Shown here: positions 24,339-31,676 of the stretch, in pieces
Layout of the letters: every line of letters starts with the position of its first letter
Position numbering within the stretch: the first letter of the stretch is position 1
DNA from: a virus
Taxonomy: Duplodnaviria > Caudoviricetes
DNA length: 32,827 nt
Strand: one strand, 5' to 3'
IMG/VR virus record: IMGVR_UViG_3300042196_000161
Span: 1-32,827 of that record
Made by a program: the position numbers and the translations under genes
Notes under the pieces: model-generated
What the model saw: only the letters and a program-made list of their open reading frames with translations
Databases searched by the model: none
Told to the model about the DNA's origin: nothing

Positions 24339-26479
24339 CAGATCACCTCCGGCATCCAGTCCTGTTTCTCGAACGGCTGGATGATCTTGCGGATCTCCCG
24401 CGCATCGCGGGGCAGATCCTGATACTGGAACTCGGGCTCCCACTCTGCGTACTGCTTCGGTCCGGTATCCTCCTGCATCCGGCGCTGCCCGAACACCGGA
24501 ATCATCGGGCTACGGTCCAGGATATGGAGCGCGTAGAACGCCCAGCCGATCCCGAACACCCGGTCGTCGAACGCGCCCTTCTCGGCCTGGAGCTTCTGGA
24601 GCGTCCCCTGGGCCGATAGGGTTGCCAGTTCCGCGATCAGCCACGGCGAGTCGATGTCGATGAAGTAGTCCTTCACGGCCTTGATGAGCCAGTCGAGCAA
24701 TTCCGAACGGGTGTGAGCGTCCGCACTCGCCCCATAGGTGGCGATGCGGGTTACATCCTGAAGTTTCTTGTTGAGGCGAACCTGGACATGGAATCGCTGC
24801 CAGCCGAGCTTTCGCAGGGCATCCTGGCAGGCCGCGCCGTTCATATTGGTCTCGACGATGGCCTTGGGCTGCCGGAGCTGCCCGTGCTGGCTCACCGTGT
24901 ACAGCAGGCCGAGAGCATGGGCGAGGGGCGCCAGATCGGCGGCACTCACGTAGGGGCTCGCGAATTCGGCGCACTGCCTGGCGACCGTCGACATCGTGGC
25001 CTTGCGGAGCATCTCGATCGCGCTGCGCGCCTGGCCGACGCCATGGCTGGTGTCCGCGCCGAAGCCGTAGTCGCAGTCGGTCTTCGGCCACTCCCAGATG
25101 AAGAACTTCCCGTGCGGGTCGATGGCCGGGTAATCGGCGAACTTCAGCGGCACGAACTCGTAGCGGGCACCCTGGGGCGACTTGACCGGCAGCCGCGGGC
25201 GGTCGTTGTCGAAGTCGCGTTGATCGGGCTGGAGCCGTAGGGGGATCACATCCGGCTTCGCCACCAGGCCCAGGACGGCCTTGGGCTCCTCAGCCTTCTC
25301 CCGATAGGCCGCGATCAGCTCCGCGTCGAAGACGCTCGCCCCGGTCGTCTGGAAGGCCTCCAGGTCGTCCGCCGGCATCTCGCGGTAGAAGGTGTTGAGC
25401 GCCTTCTTTTCGATGTACTCCTGGCGGGTGGTCTCCCAGAACCACATCTGCTCGCGCGGCATCTCCCAGTCTGGCCCCAGTTGCTTGCGCAGCAGGTCAT
25501 TCCGCCGAACGTACGCCTTCGCGCGCTCGGCGTGGCGGTCGGTGAGTCGGGCCGGCTTCCAGTCGGGCGGAATCGGGTGGGCCCGGAGCCAGGCCGGCGT
25601 CGGGTAGATGTCCTGGCCCACGAACCAGGGCAGGAACACCGGCCGCAACCGCGAGGTCCCGAGCGGCCAGCCGGCGACCGACGACTTCCAGGTATCGTGC
25701 CACCAGTCCCCCATGAGTTTGGCCGTTCCTTCGAGGACCAGCATCATCCAGGGCGATTCGTGCATGGCGCGCAGCAGGCCGGAGTCGAGCTTCGACCGGG
25801 GGTCAGGGCAGTCGGGAACCTCCGAGATATGGGCCACCAGCGGCGTCCGGCCACGGCCGAGGTCGGTGTTCTGGTTCAGCCACTGGATCGCCACCGCCGA
25901 GTCCTGGTCGCCGAACTCGATCGACTCGCCCGAGTTGTAGGCGGTCACCCGTGGTTTGAGCCACCAGGGCATGTTGGCCCAGGCGCGCTCCATGATCTCG
26001 GCCATCTTCCCCGAGTTCTCCGGGTCCGACGACGCCACCAAGCCCTGTGTGTGCGGCCAGAAGGTCACCCGGTGGCACACGAAGCCTTCGTACTCAGTTG
26101 TCAACCCGAGCTGGCGGGCCTTCAGGGTGATCAGGGCGATGGCGATCTGCCGCCGCTCATGCTCAGCGAAGATGTCCAGGATAATGCGTTGGGCGACGTT
26201 CAGATCGAGCGGCCGTACGCTGCCGTCCCAAGAAAGGATGGAGTAATAGCGTGGGAAGAAGTACGAAACATCGTGGCGGCAGATGGTGCGCTCGTTCCGG
26301 ATCCACTCGATCTCATCCGGCCGCAGGTCCCGCACCAGCTTTTTCGAGCGGCGGTCCCACAACTTATCAAAATGCTCGATATTCGACCGGCAGTGGTCTA
26401 GCGGGTACCGCCGGGGCCTGAAGCCGAGGTGGGCGGCGGCGCGCTCGATGGCGAGGTCGGAAATTTCGCGGTCGTACAC
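24338..26479 (-). CDS. terL: Terminase large subunit
   Basis: Walker A LKARQLGLTT, Walker B VAHISE, coupling motif LEGTA, nuclease motifs FGADTSHG, VETN, FDDRV. Confidence 0.93.
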   Translation of the reverse strand: MYDREISDLAIERAAAHLGFRPRRYPLDHCRSNIEHFDKLWDRRSKKLVRDLRPDEIEWIRNERTICRHDVSYFFPRYYSILSWDGSVRPLDLNVAQRIILDIFAEHERRQIAIALITLKARQLGLTTEYEGFVCHRVTFWPHTQGLVASSDPENSGKMAEIMERAWANMPWWLKPRVTAYNSGESIEFGDQDSAVAIQWLNQNTDLGRGRTPLVAHISEVPDCPDPRSKLDSGLLRAMHESPWMMLVLEGTAKLMGDWWHDTWKSSVAGWPLGTSRLRPVFLPWFVGQDIYPTPAWLRAHPIPPDWKPARLTDRHAERAKAYVRRNDLLRKQLGPDWEMPREQMWFWETTRQEYIEKKALNTFYREMPADDLEAFQTTGASVFDAELIAAYREKAEEPKAVLGLVAKPDVIPLRLQPDQRDFDNDRPRLPVKSPQGARYEFVPLKFADYPAIDPHGKFFIWEWPKTDCDYGFGADTSHGVGQARSAIEMLRKATMSTVARQCAEFASPYVSAADLAPLAHALGLLYTVSQHGQLRQPKAIVETNMNGAACQDALRKLGWQRFHVQVRLNKKLQDVTRIATYGASADAHTRSELLDWLIKAVKDYFIDIDSPWLIAELATLSAQGTLQKLQAEKGAFDDRVFGIGWAFYALHILDRSPMIPVFGQRRMQEDTGPKQYAEWEPEFQYQDLPRDAREIRKIIQPFEKQDWMPEVI

Positions 26480-26563
26480 ACTAATTTAGTACCTTACTTC
26501 CATAGAAAAACCAAGAACTTACGGAAGCGGCTACGGAATTGATAAAGAATCCTGGCGGTTCTG

Positions 26564-27127
26564 TTAAATCTCCGCAAAATTTGCGGAAACCGTGGGGCGC
26601 TCCGCCATCATCTTGGGTAACAGAGACTGGTTGTTCTGCGCCCCACGGACTTCCTCCGCCGTGGCGGCATTCCATTGCTGCCACAACTCCTTGAGCAAGC
26701 ACTTCTCGATGTACCTCAACGCACGCCGGTGGAGGTGCATTTTCGTCAACTTCGGAGCCTTTTGCTGTTCCAGCGCTTTGCGCTCGCGGTAGAGCTCGGC
26801 GTACTGGCCATTGGCCTTGACGAGGTTATCTCCTACGACGTGCATCACGGCTCGCCTACCTGGTTGGTAGCCGAAGGCTTTGGCGAGTTCCTTGTCTGTC
26901 GTCTTACGCTGGATCTGGCCGTTGACGATCCCAAGGCCCATCCGCTTCCAGAGGCGCGTGGGGTTCCCGTACTCGGAAAGCGGCGCGCCGGCGCTGGCGA
27001 TGATCTGGGCAAGGCTCAGGATGCCGAGTCCCCGTACCGACTCAGCCCAGGCGAGCACCGAAGGCGGAATGGCCGCTTTGGCAACCTTCAACATGCGCTT
27101 CTCCCGGTCTTTCAGGGAGGCGGTCAA
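26564..27127 (-). CDS. IS110 C-terminal/Nop-domain-only protein (TasA-like, no nuclease domain)
   Basis: HhH SVRGLG..SLAQII, YGNPTRLWKRMGL, Y..LY.ERK, HLHRRALRYIEK.LL.ELW; no RuvC/DEDD domain and no catalytic SG motif; start uncertain (27127 TTG, 27094 ATG, or 27228 via frameshift). Confidence 0.75.
   Translation of the reverse strand: MTASLKDREKRMLKVAKAAIPPSVLAWAESVRGLGILSLAQIIASAGAPLSEYGNPTRLWKRMGLGIVNGQIQRKTTDKELAKAFGYQPGRRAVMHVVGDNLVKANGQYAELYRERKALEQQKAPKLTKMHLHRRALRYIEKCLLKELWQQWNAATAEEVRGAQNNQSLLPKMMAERPTVSANFAEI
26571..26587. repeat. Dispersed 17-bp palindrome copy (perfect)
   Basis: TCCGCAAAATTTGCGGA in the last codons of the TasA-like ORF. Confidence 0.95.
26590..26648 (-). ncRNA. 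Candidate single stem-loop TIGR guide unit (tigRNA-like)
   Basis: Perfect 11-bp inverted repeat CCGTGGGGCGC/GCGCCCCACGG enclosing 37 nt: agaACA-accagtctc-TGttacCCA-agatgatgg-CGga. Confidence 0.6.
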
Positions 27128-27228
27128 CGTGGCATACGCTTCGCGCTGCGCGCGATCTGAAACGCCGTCTCCCTATCGCCGTTCGTTTTCTCCAGCGACT
27201 GTATGGTTAGTTTCTTAAGTTCTTCCAT
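27124..27228 (-). CDS. 34-aa ORF, possibly the frameshifted N-terminus of the TasA-like gene
   Basis: ATG 27228 with GGAAAGG RBS; MEELKKLTIQSLEK...; stop overlaps TTG 27127. Confidence 0.45.
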   Translation of the reverse strand: MEELKKLTIQSLEKTNGDRETAFQIARSAKRMPR

Positions 27229-27242
27229 GTAACACGCCTTTC

Positions 27243-27815
27243 CTAGCCCACCTTGTAGGTCCGCAGTTCTTCCGCAAAGATCCTGGGAGAGTTCAGGACC
27301 AGCCGCATCTCCGAGTGCTGCCATCCGTTCGGCCCGATGATGATGAGGCGGTCGGGCCAGGAGTAGTCCCAGGGCGAGGGCTTGTCCTCTTGACCTTTGG
27401 CCTTCCACAGATGCCCGACGTACCGGGTGTCGAAGCAGGCGATGCTGAACTTCGCGAGGTCAAAGCCACTGGACTCCATCGCCCCGAAGACTTCCTCGAA
27501 GCCGTTCGGGTCAACCGCCATCGGCAGATAGTTGATCGTGTAGCTCCTCACGCTGCCGACCGGAAGATCCTTCTCGCGGGTCGGTTCGGACTCGATCAAC
27601 TCGGCACTCGTTCCCGAGTCGGTGGCGAGCAGCTTCCCGTGCTGCAACAGGAAGTCGCGAACCTCCGCTGCATCTTTGCAGTCGATGAAGAACTTGGGCC
27701 GCTTGCCGACCGGGCGAGCGCGCGTGAACGTGGTCGGCTGAGGCGGGTTGGAAGTGACGGGTAACGGCGCCGGACCACCGACCACCGGCCCAGTGAAAAG
27801 ATCCCAGAATCCCAT
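27243..27815 (-). CDS. Hypothetical protein (190 aa)
   Basis: AGGAG RBS; fills the gap between neighbours; no motif recognised. Confidence 0.75.
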   Translation of the reverse strand: MGFWDLFTGPVVGGPAPLPVTSNPPQPTTFTRARPVGKRPKFFIDCKDAAEVRDFLLQHGKLLATDSGTSAELIESEPTREKDLPVGSVRSYTINYLPMAVDPNGFEEVFGAMESSGFDLAKFSIACFDTRYVGHLWKAKGQEDKPSPWDYSWPDRLIIIGPNGWQHSEMRLVLNSPRIFAEELRTYKVG

Positions 27816-27827
27816 GATGGTTTTCTC

Positions 27828-28370
27828 CTATCCCCGCTGCACACGGACATCTTCCAGGTTATCGGCTTCGAGCGAAGGCAACCCTGGAGCTTCCGGCGGC
27901 GGGGTCGTGTTGATCTGTGTGTTGATTTGCTTACGGATCGCCGTAAACGAGTTCGAGGGAACCGGCAGCAGTCCCGCGTGCTTCAGGATCATCTCCCGGT
28001 CCTTAGTGCCCTTCGGGGTCAGGGCATTCTTCACCGTGGCCTGCACCACGCTCGGCAGTTGGAGCCCAAGCGCGAGGCCGGCGAAATCGACGGAGTGTCG
28101 GTGGGCGGCCCGCACCATCTCTGCCAGGAAGTCCTCGGCTGGCTGGTCGACGCTCGCCAGCACTTGGTCGAGCGGAATCGTCCGGCGTTCCTCTGCGGTG
28201 AGCCGATCCCAGACCTGGACCACCTGGCGCATCTTCGAGTCGGGCGACAGCCGGGCGAGCTCGATCAGGTTCTCTTCGCCACCCAGGGCCTGGCAGTACC
28301 GCGAGAGGCCGGCCTCGACCGGGAGCCGGATCGGCCGGATGGCGGGTCTGCGGTCAATCCTCTTCGCCAA
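27828..28370 (-). CDS. Probable terminase small subunit (180 aa)
   Basis: TTG 28370 with AAGGAAGGTG RBS; helical body, DREMILKHAGLLP, N/Q/T-rich tail; upstream of terL (function from position and shape only). Confidence 0.5.
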   Translation of the reverse strand: MAKRIDRRPAIRPIRLPVEAGLSRYCQALGGEENLIELARLSPDSKMRQVVQVWDRLTAEERRTIPLDQVLASVDQPAEDFLAEMVRAAHRHSVDFAGLALGLQLPSVVQATVKNALTPKGTKDREMILKHAGLLPVPSNSFTAIRKQINTQINTTPPPEAPGLPSLEADNLEDVRVQRG

Positions 28371-28614
28371 AGGCCACCTTCCTTGCGCGGTCGATGCTCT
28401 CCTTCGGCAGTCCCATGATCTCCCGTTGCGTGTCCCGCTGCTGCTGCTCCCAGAGGGACTCATTTGTCACTTCGATCACGTCCGACGCCTTCACTTGGCC
28501 GCGGCGGCGGATAGGAGTTGCGGGCTCCGGCGCGATCCGCTCCAGGCAGTCGGCGATCCGCTCCAGAGCCGTCGCGCAGCGGGTGAGGTCGGCAGTGATG
28601 TTGAGCAGGGTCAT
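28354..28614 (-). CDS. Hypothetical protein (86 aa)
   Basis: ATG 28614 in TGATG overlap with the HNH stop; ALERIADCLERIA helix. Confidence 0.65.
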   Translation of the reverse strand: MTLLNITADLTRCATALERIADCLERIAPEPATPIRRRGQVKASDVIEVTNESLWEQQQRDTQREIMGLPKESIDRARKVAFGEED

Positions 28615-29156
28615 CAGGCTACGTGTTTCCAACCCTTCCGCAGGCAAATCCTACTGACACAGAATTGGCTGACTCCAAAAGCGTCCGCTATTGCCTGCTC
28701 GGTCTGTCCAGCCGCCCGGAGGCGGCGAATTTCCAGTACCTGCCCTGATGTCAACTTGGAACTAGGAACGGCCTCGCCCCTCGCATAACCCTCCGGGCGT
28801 AGGCGCCGAGGATGAGCGTCTCCGCGTCGTATGCTCTCAGGATGAGTTCGACTGGAGTGGCGGCAGCCGGTTGCCAATCTCCCTTTCCTTGCCGCATCGC
28901 GGATATTGTCAGTTGTGGTTCCCAGGAACAAGTGATCCGGGCGGCAGCAGGGCGGGTTGTCGCAGTGGTGGCAGATGAAAAGGCCTTCGGGGATCGGACC
29001 ATTGGTCAGGGTCCAGGCAAGACGGTGGGTGCGCCATGCTTTTCTTGCCATCATAAAACTTCCATAGCCATTCTTTCGCCGCAATCCTGCCCAAAGCCAA
29101 CAGGCATCCGTCTTTTGGACTTTCGCCCAGAAATCCGCTGGCGTATTAATGCGCAT
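28614..29156 (-). CDS. HNH homing endonuclease with C-terminal HTH
   Basis: CWLW.G...GYG...HRLAW...GPIP...CHHCDNPPCCRPDHLFLGT..DN; SKLT..QV.EIR...IADAFGVSQ..VSRI. Confidence 0.92.
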   Translation of the reverse strand: MRINTPADFWAKVQKTDACWLWAGLRRKNGYGSFMMARKAWRTHRLAWTLTNGPIPEGLFICHHCDNPPCCRPDHLFLGTTTDNIRDAARKGRLATGCRHSSRTHPESIRRGDAHPRRLRPEGYARGEAVPSSKLTSGQVLEIRRLRAAGQTEQAIADAFGVSQFCVSRICLRKGWKHVA

Positions 29157-29163
29157 CTGTGTA

Positions 29164-29541
29164 TCAGATTGGCATCTGGTCGGGCGAAAAGTCCGCCACC
29201 TCTCCGGTCTTCAACTGCCGTTGGCTCGGCACGACCAGGTTGCTTTCCTCGCGCGCCCGATCCGGCTGGCTGATGACGCCCGAGCCCACGGTGACCCTCG
29301 TCCCGCGTTTGGTCCGCTTCGCCTCCGGATCCACCGGCCCGGTCGGGACGGTCCCAGTCACCTGGGCCGTCTTGGGCTTCTCCAACTCGAAGGCTTCGAG
29401 CTCCACGGTGATGCGGTACTCGGGGTTGATGTACGTCACCGCGTTCGAGAAGTCCAGATGCTCCTGAAGCTCGCGCTCCAGGTGCTTCGCCATGATGACG
29501 GAGAGCTCCCTGCCCGTCAGGGGATTGAACACGCCGCTCAT
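29164..29541 (-). CDS. Hypothetical protein (125 aa)
   Basis: ATG 29541 (MSGVFNPLTG) in ATGA overlap, GAGGGG RBS. Confidence 0.7.
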   Translation of the reverse strand: MSGVFNPLTGRELSVIMAKHLERELQEHLDFSNAVTYINPEYRITVELEAFELEKPKTAQVTGTVPTGPVDPEAKRTKRGTRVTVGSGVISQPDRAREESNLVVPSQRQLKTGEVADFSPDQMPI

Positions 29542-29999
29542 TCGCCCCCCTCGTCGGCCCCGTCCTCGTCGTCGAACTGCAAGACGCTCTGGCTGGCGCC
29601 TTCGATCTCCATCCGGAGGACCGGTTCCTTTTTCTGCTCGGCCACGTAGTTCAGGATGCCCTGCTCGACCGCGACCGTGGCCCGGAAGATGATCGTGATG
29701 GCGCCGCCGGTGTTGGTCAGGACCAGCGACGACAGCTTCCCGGAGAAGGCGACCGGCTCCAGGTCGGGGTGACGGGTGATGACCAGCTTGGCGTCGGGGA
29801 TCGCCAGGCCGAGGTCGAGCTTGCGGAAGGCTCTCGCCGCCGGGTCCTTCTTCCCGTTGTAGACAATATCGTACACTCCCATCTGCTTTGCCAGATCGGC
29901 CGTGAACGGGGCCTGAAACTTGACGCCGAGAGCCACCTGCTCGCCCTTCCAGGCGACACCCGCGCCACGGACAGCAACATCCTGTAGTTGACACTGCAT
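29538..29999 (-). CDS. Hypothetical protein with acidic C-terminus
   Basis: GAGGTG RBS; 153 aa, beta-rich. Confidence 0.7.
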   Translation of the reverse strand: MQCQLQDVAVRGAGVAWKGEQVALGVKFQAPFTADLAKQMGVYDIVYNGKKDPAARAFRKLDLGLAIPDAKLVITRHPDLEPVAFSGKLSSLVLTNTGGAITIIFRATVAVEQGILNYVAEQKKEPVLRMEIEGASQSVLQFDDEDGADEGGE

Positions 30000-30013
30000 T
30001 TGTTATCCACCTC

Positions 30014-30256
30014 TCAGACTGAAAAATCAATCGGCGCTTCGCCGGGCTTCCGCTGGATCTTGGCCTGCATGAAATTCCGGGATAACTCGTAAATCCGGAT
30101 CACAAACCGCTCCTGCGGCCTGCTTTTACCCTTCTCCCACCGACAGACCGAAACGAACGTTGTCCCCAGGCGTTGGGCAAATTGGTGTTGCGTCAGCTTC
30201 ATTTCCCGCCGCATCGACCTGATTGCGTCCCCGGTGAGATCCGACGTGAGTCCCAT
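30014..30256 (-). CDS. XRE/Cro-family HTH regulator
   Basis: IRSMRREMKLTQHQFAQRLGTTFVSVCRWEKGKSRP. Confidence 0.88.
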   Translation of the reverse strand: MGLTSDLTGDAIRSMRREMKLTQHQFAQRLGTTFVSVCRWEKGKSRPQERFVIRIYELSRNFMQAKIQRKPGEAPIDFSV

Positions 30257-30265
30257 GCAGGGCCA

Positions 30266-30305
30266 GATTTATCACAATACAGGAACCGCGTCAATTGTTT
30301 TTTTA
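30266..30305 (-). promoter_or_regulatory. Putative sigma70-like promoter for the XRE gene
   Basis: A-tract, TTGACG (30294-30289), N17 ending TGa, TAAATC (30271-30266); -10 box is non-consensus. Confidence 0.45.
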
Positions 30306-30315
30306 TCAGATTGCC

Positions 30316-30486
30316 CTACGAAGTGATCCGGGATACACGTGCCGCCTTGATGCCGTCCTCTAGCACGACGATTTCGCGGCCCTGGGCGCACTTCCGGCAG
30401 GGGCAGTTCTCGTTCAGGGGTTCGTGCTGAGGAGTACGGGGAACGCCCTTGGGCCAGCCGCGGCGCACGCGGCGCGCCTCACTCAT
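30316..30486 (-). CDS. Small basic Cys/His protein (56 aa)
   Basis: ATG 30486 in ATGA overlap; RRGWPKG, H...CPCRKC. Confidence 0.55.
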   Translation of the reverse strand: MSEARRVRRGWPKGVPRTPQHEPLNENCPCRKCAQGREIVVLEDGIKAARVSRITS

Positions 30487-30719
30487 GCGCCGGAAGCGCT
30501 CGGGGTCCTTCCGCAAATTTTGCGGATGAGGCTGTCCATGTCCATCCATGCCCATCGCCACAGGAACCTCAGATCCCACCGGGAAGGCGGGTGCAGGTTG
30601 TCATCGAGTGTGAACCCGAGGATCCGGGAGTCCATGCCGTCCCGGATCGCCAGCCGACGCTCGCGGGCATCGTCGACCTGGTAGCTGTCAAGCTGCGGGT
30701 GCGGTTGCATACAAACCAT
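30483..30719 (-). CDS. Hypothetical protein
   Basis: Fills the gap and couples to the next gene; start uncertain (30719 or 30710). Confidence 0.5.
   Translation of the reverse strand: MVCMQPHPQLDSYQVDDARERRLAIRDGMDSRILGFTLDDNLHPPSRWDLRFLWRWAWMDMDSLIRKICGRTPSASGA
30510..30526. repeat. Dispersed 17-bp palindrome copy (perfect, central T)
   Basis: TCCGCAAATTTTGCGGA within CDS. Confidence 0.95.
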
Positions 30720-30723
30720 TTTA

Positions 30724-31008
30724 TCATTTCCCTTGGTCTACTTCCGGCTTGCGTTTCAGTTCCCGCAGTTCGGCGGCACGCTCTTTGAGTGTTTTTCTGA
30801 CGATCCTGCTTGCCTGCTCCACGCCCCGCGCCATGGCCTCCAGCAGAAACGGCGCGGCGTCTTCCAGCCGCATGTAGGACTGGGGGAGCAGCACGCCGAT
30901 CCCCGGGCAATCGGGGTCTTCCGCCGTGGCCCCCGGCCCGCGTTCGGCGGCAACCGATAGGAGCAACTGCTCCAGTTCCCGCATGGTCTTCTTACGCGCA
31001 TTGCTCAT
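30724..31008 (-). CDS. Hypothetical helical protein
   Basis: GGAGG RBS, 94 aa. Confidence 0.65.
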   Translation of the reverse strand: MSNARKKTMRELEQLLLSVAAERGPGATAEDPDCPGIGVLLPQSYMRLEDAAPFLLEAMARGVEQASRIVRKTLKERAAELRELKRKPEVDQGK

Positions 31009-31011
31009 GGG

Positions 31012-31521
31012 TCAGTCCTCCAACTCCGGCGGCTCGCCAAAACCGGCCATTTCCGCTGGTCGCATCCCAGCGTATGGGTTCGGAGCGTCGATCTCCGTTC
31101 CGTCGTCGCTGTTGATCTTGCCGATGCGGCGGGTGTGGACGCAATCGGGCGCGGTCTTCGGCTGATCTGACGATTGCACCAGGGAGCGGGCGGCATCGCG
31201 CCGGCGCTTCAGCTCTTCTTCTGAGAGATCCCCGGCTGCCGCTGGGTCGACAGCCGGGGGAGTGGGGCGGGGAACCGGAGACAACGCCCGAGTCGGCCGC
31301 GACTCCGACTCCGGTGTTGAAGGAGGGCTCTCCGGCTCTACCCGCTCCCACAGCTCAGGACGCTCTTCCAGGAAGGCGTCCAGGTCCTCAGTACGATAGG
31401 CTACTCGCCGGCCAAAGCGATAGAAGGCCGGCCCCTGGTTCGCCTCACGCAAGCCGGCCAGCAGCTCGGTGTCGATGCCGAGGTGTTCGGCGGCCTGGGG
31501 CTCGGTGAGCAGCTTCGTCAT
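31012..31521 (-). CDS. Excisionase/MerR-like HTH DNA-binding protein
   Basis: LLTEPQAAEHLGI...GPAFYRFGRRVAYRTEDLDAFLE, followed by a Pro/Glu-rich tail. Confidence 0.85.
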   Translation of the reverse strand: MTKLLTEPQAAEHLGIDTELLAGLREANQGPAFYRFGRRVAYRTEDLDAFLEERPELWERVEPESPPSTPESESRPTRALSPVPRPTPPAVDPAAAGDLSEEELKRRRDAARSLVQSSDQPKTAPDCVHTRRIGKINSDDGTEIDAPNPYAGMRPAEMAGFGEPPELED

Positions 31522-31676
31522 GGCGCCAATGGCCTAGCCGGAGTCGTTTTGGTGTCCTCTGCCGGCCACACGATCTTGAACAGTCGCCCGCAGGCGCCGC
31601 AGCAGCCCTCCGGCTCGGTCGAGACGATCGCGGCGCCGCAAACGCACGTGGTGTGGTACTCGGCCTTGTGTTTCAC
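31518..31676 (-). CDS. Small Zn-ribbon protein (52 aa)
   Basis: GTG 31676 in GTGA overlap; CVCG...CGACG. Confidence 0.6.
   Translation of the reverse strand: MKHKAEYHTTCVCGAAIVSTEPEGCCGACGRLFKIVWPAEDTKTTPARPLAP

Noticed and set aside
26564-27127. IS110 insertion sequence / active transposase
   Set aside because: No N-terminal DEDD RuvC domain, no catalytic SG motif, too short, no element ends visible.
27170-27210. Second TIGR-like unit (CCA-tacagtcgc-TG) upstream of the TasA-like gene
   Set aside because: The second half lacks the CCA and TG motifs and there is no flanking stem.
11035-30526. CRISPR array or REP/terminator interpretation of the palindromes
   Set aside because: Copies are kilobases apart, have a 1-nt centre and no U-tail; no cas genes or spacers.
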